This document shows positions 56,677 through 64,000 of a stretch of 64,000 nt of DNA, in pieces. Every line of letters starts with the position of its first letter. The first letter of the stretch is position 1. Under the pieces are notes generated by a model, which did not search any database, had not been told where the DNA came from, and worked only from the letters and a program-made list of their open reading frames with translations. Made by a program: the position numbers and the translations under genes. The DNA is from an uncultured Chloroflexia bacterium (GTDB lineage: Bacteria; Chloroflexota; Limnocylindria; Limnocylindrales; CSP1-4): assembly GCA_963771795.1 (NCBI GenBank), contig CAVYUR010000006.1:737661-801660 (forward strand). Direction: 5' to 3'.

Positions 56677-58230
56677 TCAGGGCGTCACGGTGAATGGAGC
56701 AGTGGCCAGGGAGACGTAGCCGTCATCCAGCAGGTAGTTGGCGTCGTACTCGCCCGGCGGAAACGGCCAGTCACCTTCGCCGGTCTCGTCGATCACGACG
56801 GAGCCGTTGACGTCCTGGCCGGTGTAGACGAAGTAGAGGTACGAGTCGACGAGCGGATCGCCGCCGCGCGCGTAGATCCCAATCCAGTCCCAGCGCGCGC
56901 CGGGCGCGTTCCGCCACGAGGCGGTGATCGGGTCTCCGGTCCTGTACGAGGCGGCGTCGAGGCTGAGCGCCGGCTTCGTCTCCGGGGCAACGACGGAGAA
57001 CGGAGCAGCAGAAACGGTCGCCCCGCCGGCTGCGAGCAGGCGCACCTCGTAGTCGCCGGGCTGGAGGCCCGCTGCGTCGATCTCCCACTCCCCGCTGGCG
57101 GTGGCGTCGCTCTCGAAGCCAGGGACTGGCGACGAGCCTGAGCCCGCGCTCGCGATGAGAATCGTCTGGCCTGCCCCTCCAGGCGAGAACCGTGCGACGC
57201 TGCGATCGCCGACGGTGACGAGCCGCTCGTCGATCGAGACGAAGGGCGCCGGGACGCCGGGCTGGACCGTGAACGATCCGACCACGCCGCGGTGATCCGT
57301 GCCCCACGGGTCCACCTCGATGTCGACCTGGGGGCCGCCCTTCTCGCCGACGATCTTGATGTCGTCGGTCGTGGACGGACCGGCGGCGTAGATGATGTCG
57401 ATCCGGTCCTGCGGTTCGCTCGGGTCGGGGTATCCGTCGATGAGCGGGCGGCCGGCCCACCACGTCAGGCCCGGGTCTGCGACCGGGTCCGGATGGAGCT
57501 CGCGATATGCGTCCCGGAAGCCGGCCGCCTCGATCGCAGTGCTGACCGGCCAGGCGACCGCGTACTTGATGTGGCTACGAAGGCCCACGGCTGCCGCCGT
57601 CCAGTCGAGGTGAGACGGCGCGTTGAAGTCGCCGGTCAGAAACGTCGGGATGCCGGCTGCGATGAGCGCCGGCAGCACGTCGAGTCGCTGCTGGAGCATC
57701 GGCAGGCGGGTGTCCTGCTCGAGCTTGATGACCTCCTCGACGGTCTTTCCATCGCGAACGTCATATGGCCCATACGGATCCGACGGGAGATGGACGTTCG
57801 AGACGGCGACAACCTCGCCCGGCCGGATCTGGACGAACTCGTACATGCCGTCTGCCCCGGGCGGGTCGATGAGGGGCAGTTTCGACACGAGCTGCGATCG
57901 GGTGCTGTAGTGCGGCCAGCCGAGGGCGTCGGCGACCTTCTGGGTGCTGCCCTCGGCCTCTTCGAGCGCGACGACGTCCGGGTCGGCCTTCTGGATCGCC
58001 TCGATGACCTTGGCGAAGTCGACCTCGTCTCCCCCGTATTCGATATTGAAATCCATGACCTTGAGCTCGGCCGGGGCCGGCGTCGGGTCGGGAGTGGCGG
58101 TCGGGGCAGGGTTCGTGGCCCGGCTGGCGGAGGGTGCCTGCGCCATCGGCGATCCGCTCGACGTCGAGGTTCCGCATCCCGCGGCGACGATGGTTGCCGC
58201 AGCCAGCAGCGCAAGGAACCGGGACCGCAT
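56677..58230 (-). CDS. Secreted endonuclease/exonuclease/phosphatase (EEP)-family lipoprotein with Ig-like C-terminal domains
   Basis: Lipobox VAAGCGT. EEP blocks LKVMDFNIEYGG, DVVALEEAE, FLTGDFNAPSH, GTDHRGV. ATG 58230 follows GAGAGG. Confidence 0.8.
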   Translation of the reverse strand: MRSRFLALLAAATIVAAGCGTSTSSGSPMAQAPSASRATNPAPTATPDPTPAPAELKVMDFNIEYGGDEVDFAKVIEAIQKADPDVVALEEAEGSTQKVADALGWPHYSTRSQLVSKLPLIDPPGADGMYEFVQIRPGEVVAVSNVHLPSDPYGPYDVRDGKTVEEVIKLEQDTRLPMLQQRLDVLPALIAAGIPTFLTGDFNAPSHLDWTAAAVGLRSHIKYAVAWPVSTAIEAAGFRDAYRELHPDPVADPGLTWWAGRPLIDGYPDPSEPQDRIDIIYAAGPSTTDDIKIVGEKGGPQVDIEVDPWGTDHRGVVGSFTVQPGVPAPFVSIDERLVTVGDRSVARFSPGGAGQTILIASAGSGSSPVPGFESDATASGEWEIDAAGLQPGDYEVRLLAAGGATVSAAPFSVVAPETKPALSLDAASYRTGDPITASWRNAPGARWDWIGIYARGGDPLVDSYLYFVYTGQDVNGSVVIDETGEGDWPFPPGEYDANYLLDDGYVSLATAPFTVTP

Positions 58231-58389
58231 CGCACCCACCTCTCGCTCCGGAGGTCGGCATCGTAGGTCGCCGCGACCGCGTGCGACGGCAATGCGTCGC
58301 GTCGCGGGACGCGAGGACGCTGGACCGGCAGAGAGCGTGCTCGCCGCGCAGATGGCGGCGAGGCACGCCCATGCCGGACGGATCGGGCT

Positions 58390-60687
58390 TTACGGAATGA
58401 TCAGGTGCACCGGGTTGCCGCGGATGGCGACCTTCCAGGTCGTGACGTCGTTGGATGTTCCGGTTCCATTCATCGTGTAGCGGATCTTCCACCAGCCATC
58501 CTGTTCGGCCGTGTAGCCGGCGCCGATCGGGATCGTGATCGTCAACCAGCAGCCGTTGAACGTGCCGGAGGTCGCGCCGACGTTCGTCTGAACTGACGGG
58601 GCGTCGTCGCCCACCTGGGAGGCGCAATTGGCAGCGGAGCTATTGGTCGTCCCCTTCGCCGCCGAATAGTCCATGAGCGCCGGCGACCAGCCGCTGCTGT
58701 TCGGGACGAGGATCTGGAGCGACGCCGACAAAGGGTTCGTGTCGCCGGGGTCCCACAGCTTGATCTCGACCATCTTGCCGGCGTGGACAGCTTCGATCTG
58801 GGCCAGATAGAACTCCGACTGAACGGTGGATCCATTGGCCGACAGCGGAGTGAACGCCTGCATTGCACCGATGCCATAGATGCGTGCGCCGGGGGTGTCG
58901 ACATAGAGGGCGAAGCTGTTCTCGCCATCCGTGCCGAGCTGCGCGGACGCGTTGAGCGGATCCGTAGAGGTCGTGTGGAGGCGGTACACCTTGCCGTTTG
59001 CGCCACCGCTCAGGCCCGTTGCCAGGCGATACCACTGGTTGTGGAAGTCACGGCCGTCGCCGTAGGTCGCGTCCGTGTTGTTGCGGCACTCCGCCGGCGA
59101 GCCTCCGGTCGCTCCCCCCATCGTGGTGTCCGAGGCCTTGACATTGCGGAAGAGGCCAGCGGACGAGGCGATCGGGGCGCCGTCGTCGCCCCGGTCGTAC
59201 AGCGTGCCCTGCGAGTCGTACAGCTCGAAGAACGAGCTGACCGGATCGCTGTCGCTGCTGAACCAGCGGTCACCGGTGCCCTTGTTCGCCGACGTCGCGC
59301 AGAACACTGGGTCGAAGACATAGACCGAGCCGTTGGTGGCGAGGGGCGGGATCTCGACCGCGTAGTTGTAGTAGTCGTCAGGGTTATAGGAAACGTTGGT
59401 GTCCGAGGTGTTGTTGTCGTAGTAGGGCTGGTAGGCGTCGCCGTTGACGTTCTCGGCGCCCTGGGTATTCATCGTGCCCCAGAAGCCTCGGGGGTTGAGA
59501 ACTTCGCCGGCGGCCTGGTAGCAGCCCGCGACGCCGTTGGCACATGGCAGGCTTGGGCCCATGAGGTCCGCGTCGGGCAGCGTCGTCGTCGTCACCGTGG
59601 GAACGGTCCGCTCGACGTCATAGAGCGCTCGCACCCGGATCCGGTCGACCCGGATCTGCGTGGCCGCGCCGCAACTCTCGTTCGCGGTCAGCCTGAGCCG
59701 AAATCGGCTGGTGCCCAGGTCATTCCCGTCCCACGAGTGGGGCGGCGAGAACTGCCAGGCGCTGGTGCTCGACGTGAGACCGAGCGGGATGTCGGCACCT
59801 GACGTCGTGAGGTCGCCGGTCGCAGGCGCACGGTTGTTGGCGGTGTCGGTCGTCCAATGAGTCCCGCCATCGTACGAGAGGGCCACTTCGATGAAGGCGC
59901 CCGGGCACGCCGCCTGGACGTGGGCGTCGGTCAACTCGACCACGATTCCGTTTACCGCCTTGGCTTCGTCCGTCGCGAAATCCAGGCCCGCGAGCAGATC
60001 GAAGTCGCTCCACTGCTGGGTGTCGCCATTTGCGTCTGCCTGGGCGAAGGCACCGTCGTCGTCCGCGACGGCCGCGACGAGGGACCCGCTCGTGGATGTC
60101 CAGGCCGTGCCGACCACACCCAGGGTCGCGTCCGGCGAATTCAAACCGGAATCGCCATTGAGATTCGTGGTGACATCGACCGTCCCGGTCGTAGTCAGGC
60201 CGCGGACCTCGCCGAAGACGCCGTAGTAGTTCTCAGGGCTGCCCATCGGGACGGGCAGGACGAACTCAGCCTTGGCGATCTTCGTCGACATGATTTCGTG
60301 GATGCCGAGGAGCCCCATGAAGAAGGTGTTGACGGGAGCAGTGATCGTCACAGCGAGGCGCCGGCCGGTGAGGGCGGGCTCTTGCACCGGCGTGATCGTG
60401 ACCGATGGATCGCTGACCGCGTAGCCGTTCTTCTCCGCCTCGGCGAAAGCAAGGACGTAGGCCCCGGACGGGTTCATCGGCAGCTGGACCGCGCCGGCCA
60501 GGGCGGCCGCGTCGGCAGCGCGCTGAATCCGGAGGGAGCTGACCCAGTACCACGAGACGTCGATCACCAGGGCGACCATGCCGGTGAAGACGAAAAGGGC
60601 CATCACAAACAGGATCAGGATCTGGCCCCGCGAACGCTCGGCCGAATGTGGCTTTGCCCTCTCCGAGCGGTCGAGCTGGTTGTTCAC
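58390..60687 (-). CDS. Large secreted protein with a TadE/TadG-like N-terminal membrane anchor
   Basis: From GTG 60687: GQILILFVMALFVFTGMVALVIDVSWYWVSSLRIQRAADAAALAGA is the pattern of the Tad/Flp pilus-assembly TadG-like N-terminal domain. The remaining ~650 aa are beta-rich (Gly/Thr/Ser/Asn) with no recognised motif. Confidence 0.7.
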   Translation of the reverse strand: MNNQLDRSERAKPHSAERSRGQILILFVMALFVFTGMVALVIDVSWYWVSSLRIQRAADAAALAGAVQLPMNPSGAYVLAFAEAEKNGYAVSDPSVTITPVQEPALTGRRLAVTITAPVNTFFMGLLGIHEIMSTKIAKAEFVLPVPMGSPENYYGVFGEVRGLTTTGTVDVTTNLNGDSGLNSPDATLGVVGTAWTSTSGSLVAAVADDDGAFAQADANGDTQQWSDFDLLAGLDFATDEAKAVNGIVVELTDAHVQAACPGAFIEVALSYDGGTHWTTDTANNRAPATGDLTTSGADIPLGLTSSTSAWQFSPPHSWDGNDLGTSRFRLRLTANESCGAATQIRVDRIRVRALYDVERTVPTVTTTTLPDADLMGPSLPCANGVAGCYQAAGEVLNPRGFWGTMNTQGAENVNGDAYQPYYDNNTSDTNVSYNPDDYYNYAVEIPPLATNGSVYVFDPVFCATSANKGTGDRWFSSDSDPVSSFFELYDSQGTLYDRGDDGAPIASSAGLFRNVKASDTTMGGATGGSPAECRNNTDATYGDGRDFHNQWYRLATGLSGGANGKVYRLHTTSTDPLNASAQLGTDGENSFALYVDTPGARIYGIGAMQAFTPLSANGSTVQSEFYLAQIEAVHAGKMVEIKLWDPGDTNPLSASLQILVPNSSGWSPALMDYSAAKGTTNSSAANCASQVGDDAPSVQTNVGATSGTFNGCWLTITIPIGAGYTAEQDGWWKIRYTMNGTGTSNDVTTWKVAIRGNPVHLIIP

Positions 60688-60996
60688 TGTTGCCCCCTCG
60701 TATCGACCGCTCGGGTTGTGGCCTCGCGGGATGTACGCCGTGTTTCGGTCGATGTGGAAGGGGCCGCCGAGAGTACCGGTACGCTGGCTGCTTATGGCCC
60801 CCATTAGTACTAGGACGCTAGGGTCGAGACCTTGCTTCGAACCTTGCATTGGTGCCTTCCGGCACTTCGCGGAGACGTAGCGGTGCGCAACCGCACAACC
60901 TGAGCGCGCGGGCCCAACGCCACGCACTGGCTCGTCCGCTTCGTGTCATCCTTTCGCCTGCGCCGAGCACGGCACCGACAGGAGAGCCCACCCCCC

Positions 60997-62046
60997 ATGA
61001 CCTCGACCGACGGCCTCGCGCTGGCAACTCGCGGGCTCGAGAAGCGCTACGGCAGCCAGACCGCGCTCGCGGGCCTCGACCTGTCGGTCCCATCAGGCGT
61101 CGTGTACGGGTTCCTCGGGCCGAACGGAGCCGGCAAGACGACGACGATGCGGCTCCTGACCGGCCTTATCCACGCCGACGGCGGGACGATCGAGCTACTG
61201 GGGCGGCCCTTCGGCCGTGGTGACCGGAAGCGGCTGTTCGAGGTCGGAGCGCTCATCGAATCGCCCTCGTTCTACCCGTACCTCTCCGCCCGCGAGAATC
61301 TCCGCAGCCTCGCCTCGACCGGAGCGCCCACGCCGAAGCACCGCGTGGAGGAGCTCCTCGAGTTCGTCGGGCTTCGCGACCGCGCTCGGGATCGCGTCCA
61401 GACGTACTCCCTCGGGATGAAGCAACGGCTCGGCATCGCGGCGGCCCTGCTGAGCGACCCGCGGCTTCTGCTCCTCGACGAGCCGTCGAACGGCCTCGAT
61501 CCCGCCGGCATCGTCGGCATGCGCGACACGCTCAAGCAGCTGGCCGCTGCGGGCAAGACGGTCTTCGTTTCGAGCCACGTGCTGGGCGAGGTTCAGCAAC
61601 TGGCCGACGTCATTGGAATCATTGCCTCCGGGAAGCTCGTCCGCGAGGGCCCGATCGAAGAGCTGCTCCAGGGCGAGGGCATCGTCCGGGTCAGGGTCGA
61701 ACCCGGCCAGGTGGAGGCGGCGAGCGGAATCATCGGCGGTCTCGCTGGGGGCAATGGCGTCGCCCGGATCCCAGGCGAGGATGGCTGGCTGACGGTGCCG
61801 ATCGAGCCCGACCGGGCGGCCGAGGTCAACCGGGCCCTGGCGACCGCCGGCATCTACGCGTCGGGCCTCGAGACCGGCAGCGATCTCGAGCAACTCTTCC
61901 TCGAGCTGACGCGCGACCAGCCGGCGGCAAGCAAGGAGGCCGCGGCGGTCCTCGGGGTCCCGATCGAGCCGATCCCGCCCGGCTGGGGGAGCGCCGGCAG
62001 TTCGGGGAGCTCGGGCGGCACCGCGAGCAAGGGCGGCGAGGAATGA
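60997..62046 (+). CDS. ABC transporter ATP-binding protein (ABC-2/DrrA-like) with a C-terminal extension
   Basis: ATG 60997 after AGGAGAG. Walker A GPNGAGKTT, signature YSLGMKQR, Walker B LLLDEPS. Confidence 0.9.
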   Translation: MTSTDGLALATRGLEKRYGSQTALAGLDLSVPSGVVYGFLGPNGAGKTTTMRLLTGLIHADGGTIELLGRPFGRGDRKRLFEVGALIESPSFYPYLSARENLRSLASTGAPTPKHRVEELLEFVGLRDRARDRVQTYSLGMKQRLGIAAALLSDPRLLLLDEPSNGLDPAGIVGMRDTLKQLAAAGKTVFVSSHVLGEVQQLADVIGIIASGKLVREGPIEELLQGEGIVRVRVEPGQVEAASGIIGGLAGGNGVARIPGEDGWLTVPIEPDRAAEVNRALATAGIYASGLETGSDLEQLFLELTRDQPAASKEAAAVLGVPIEPIPPGWGSAGSSGSSGGTASKGGEE

Positions 62047-62858
62047 AGCTCTTCATCGCCGGAGTCCGCAAGCTCATCCGTCGGCCGGCGACCTATGTCA
62101 CGTTCGGGCTGCTCGTCGGGCTGCTCGCCCTCATCCTCCTTGCCGTCGGGGCCACAGCCGGTCAGCCGAACGCGGGCGAGGGCGCCGAGGCGGGCCGCCA
62201 GCTGGTGACGTTCCCAGGGGCGTACACGTTCGTCATCTCGTTCATCCTCGGCCTCGGCGGACTGTTCGGCGTCATCTACGGCGCCGCGGTCGCCGGCTCG
62301 GAGTGGAGCTGGGGCACGCTCAAGGCGGCAGTCGCTCGCGGCGAGAGCCGCAGCCGCTACCAATTGCTGTCGTTCGCCGCGATTGCCGCGATGGTCGGGT
62401 TCGGGCTCCTGCTCGCGTTCGCTGTCGGTGTGCTCGCCGCCGCGATCGCGGCCACGATCGCCGGCGTGTCGACGGCCGGCATCGGAGATTCGGCGGCCAT
62501 CGGCAAGCTGCCGGAGCTGTTCGGACGCGGCTGGGTCGCGATGATCGAGCAGGCCGCCCTGGGATTCGCCATCGCGACGCTCGCACGTAGCCAGCTCGCG
62601 GGCATCGGCGTCGGTATCGCGGTCTACTTCGGCGAGCAGTTCGCCTCGATTTTCCTCCCCGACATCGTCAAGTACCTGCCCTTCAACGCCGCTGGCGCGG
62701 TCGTCGAGGTGAGCGGCAACGTCGGCGGAGGGGGCGGCGGTGGGGCGATCGTCGCGCCACTCGACCCGAATCTTGCGCTGCTCATCGTCGCGGGCTGGCT
62801 CATCGGGGCGCTCGTGGTCACCGCGCTGTTCACGGAGCGCGCCGAAATCTCAGGCTGA
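62043..62858 (+). CDS. ABC-2-type exporter permease
   Basis: ATGA overlap with the ATPase gene. 271 aa with about 6 hydrophobic segments. Confidence 0.8.
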   Translation: MKLFIAGVRKLIRRPATYVTFGLLVGLLALILLAVGATAGQPNAGEGAEAGRQLVTFPGAYTFVISFILGLGGLFGVIYGAAVAGSEWSWGTLKAAVARGESRSRYQLLSFAAIAAMVGFGLLLAFAVGVLAAAIAATIAGVSTAGIGDSAAIGKLPELFGRGWVAMIEQAALGFAIATLARSQLAGIGVGIAVYFGEQFASIFLPDIVKYLPFNAAGAVVEVSGNVGGGGGGGAIVAPLDPNLALLIVAGWLIGALVVTALFTERAEISG

Positions 62859-62873
62859 CGGCTCGGCGGGTCC

Positions 62874-64000
62874 CTAGGGCTCGACCACAGTCGTCGTGTA
62901 GCCGACCGTGCTGTTGAGCGCCAGCGACAGGATCGTCGCCGAATGGCTGCCGTTCGGCTCAGGCTCGATCGCGAGGGCGAAGGCCGTACCGTCGGCGGCA
63001 GCCACGATGGACCAGAACGCCGCTCCCGGCCGCCGCAGGCCGACCGGCCAACCACCGCGCACCCGCCCATCTTCGTCGACCGCGACGACGCTGCCGCCCG
63101 CTGAGGACTTGGCGGCGGCGTGCACGAGGTAGAGGATGCCGAACCGGCCGATCGCCGGGGCAGCGCGGAACGAGCCGCAGCCGGTGTCGCCGGGCCCGCA
63201 GAAGCCCGTTTCCTGCAGGCCGACCTTGGATCGATACGGCCAGCCCCTCATTTCCTGCCCGGCCGAGCCCAGGCCGACGACCGTGGTGCCGTCGGAGTCG
63301 TCGATGACGAACGTCGTCCCGTCACCACTGACGAGAGGCGGCGCCGGAAAATCGCCGCCCGCGCCGTTCCAGTCGCTCGTCGCGGTGAGGTCCAACTCGC
63401 TCGAGCCCGAATTGATCGGCCGGCCATCCGTGCCGAAGACGAGGGTGCGTGCGGGAGGGACCTGAGGCGACCCGACGGTCACGTGGATCCCGCCGACGAG
63501 GTCGAACGACGGCCCGGATGCGATGCCGTCGATCGCCACCGGAAAGCCGTTCGGGACGCCGGTCGCGTGGACCGCGGTGAGCTGCGAACTCGGGGCAGCG
63601 CCGGAGAAGTCGTGGACCGTCCCGTACGCCACGCCGTCCGGCCCGACGGCCCAGGTGTCGATGCAGCAATCGAGAGCGAACGGGACCTGGGTCCCGCTGG
63701 CGACTGCTCCATCCGCCGCGACCGTGACGATCCAGCTGTTCCCCGCGGGCTGGCCCTCCTGCTCGACATCGCCGAAGTACTCCCGGACGAACATCGTCAA
63801 CTGGTCGCCGACGAGCCGTCCGGTGAAGCAGCACGGAATGTCGACCGGCCAGCCAGGCAACGGGTCGCCGCCGGCATCGAAGGCGAACGCCCGGACGGGC
63901 GGAGCGACCAGCTCCGAGACGAGGTCGTCGGTGTAGCAGACGGCCCTGACCGAACCGTCCGGCGCCGTCAGGAGCAAGCTGCAGAGCGGTGCTCCGGGAA
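62874..64000 (-). CDS. Beta-propeller-like secreted protein (C-terminal part; gene probably continues beyond the window)
   Basis: The open frame reaches the window edge. Recurrent G(W/F)P motifs (PGWPVDIP, NGFPVAID, RGWPYRS, GGWPVGL) occur at roughly regular spacing, as in FG-GAP/VCBS-like propellers. Confidence 0.55.
   Translation of the reverse strand, partial: PGAPLCSLLLTAPDGSVRAVCYTDDLVSELVAPPVRAFAFDAGGDPLPGWPVDIPCCFTGRLVGDQLTMFVREYFGDVEQEGQPAGNSWIVTVAADGAVASGTQVPFALDCCIDTWAVGPDGVAYGTVHDFSGAAPSSQLTAVHATGVPNGFPVAIDGIASGPSFDLVGGIHVTVGSPQVPPARTLVFGTDGRPINSGSSELDLTATSDWNGAGGDFPAPPLVSGDGTTFVIDDSDGTTVVGLGSAGQEMRGWPYRSKVGLQETGFCGPGDTGCGSFRAAPAIGRFGILYLVHAAAKSSAGGSVVAVDEDGRVRGGWPVGLRRPGAAFWSIVAAADGTAFALAIEPEPNGSHSATILSLALNSTVGYTTTVVEP

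Noticed and set aside
62724-62746. G-rich run (GGCGGAGGGGGCGGCGGTGGGG), considered as a simple repeat or G-quadruplex element.
   Set aside because: It encodes an in-frame poly-Gly loop (GGGGGGG) of the ABC-2 permease. There is no evidence for a separate function.
1-64000. Scan by eye for CRISPR arrays, rRNA genes and long tandem repeats.
   Set aside because: No regularly spaced direct repeats of 24-40 bp, no rRNA-like conserved stretches and no long tandem arrays were seen. The only RNA genes supported are tRNA-Asn and the truncated tRNA-Gln-like fragment.

Overview
GC-rich bacterial chromosome segment; gene content looks Actinomycetota-like, but that is a low-confidence inference. The first ~36 kb and the last ~15 kb are mostly ordinary metabolism and housekeeping. 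They hold a xylose regulon (class II xylA, xylB, a CUT2-type XylFGH-like ABC transporter, a ROK XylR-like repressor, and part of a second CUT1 sugar transporter). They also hold modA/modB with a MerR-TOBE regulator, a six-gene sulfur-assimilation operon (SsuABC-like transporter, then cysH-cysD-cysN), dnaG-rpoD, a rhodanese, an SDR, an ABC-2 exporter and several secreted proteins. Three regions stand out. (1) At 24.4-33.4 kb there is an uncharacterised sugar-type ABC locus built around two ADP-ribosylglycohydrolase-family genes and an 839-aa protein with a PHP/CehA-like metallohydrolase domain. (2) At about 36.7-49.2 kb there is a visibly less GC-rich accessory island. It ends at tRNA-Asn(GTT) and carries a large serine recombinase, tRNA-Gln-derived repeats and an IS481-like remnant. 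Its main cargo is a roughly 1,760-codon gene whose parts read as a PD-(D/E)xK (Cap4/DUF4297-like) nuclease domain, a STAND NTPase, and about 1,000 aa of helical sensor. That is the architecture of antiviral STAND (Avs/bNACHT-like) defence proteins, with a co-oriented unknown gene 19 nt downstream. This is my best candidate for the interesting system. (3) Reading-frame breaks are strikingly clustered. rpoD, dnaG, an MpaB-like gene, the recombinase, the 5' end of the STAND gene, its downstream partner and one solute-binding protein are all split. The amino-acid sequence between breaks remains well conserved, which points to indel errors in the assembly rather than true pseudogenes. No rRNA genes or CRISPR arrays were seen. 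All calls come from reading the translations and the DNA by eye, and no database search was run.
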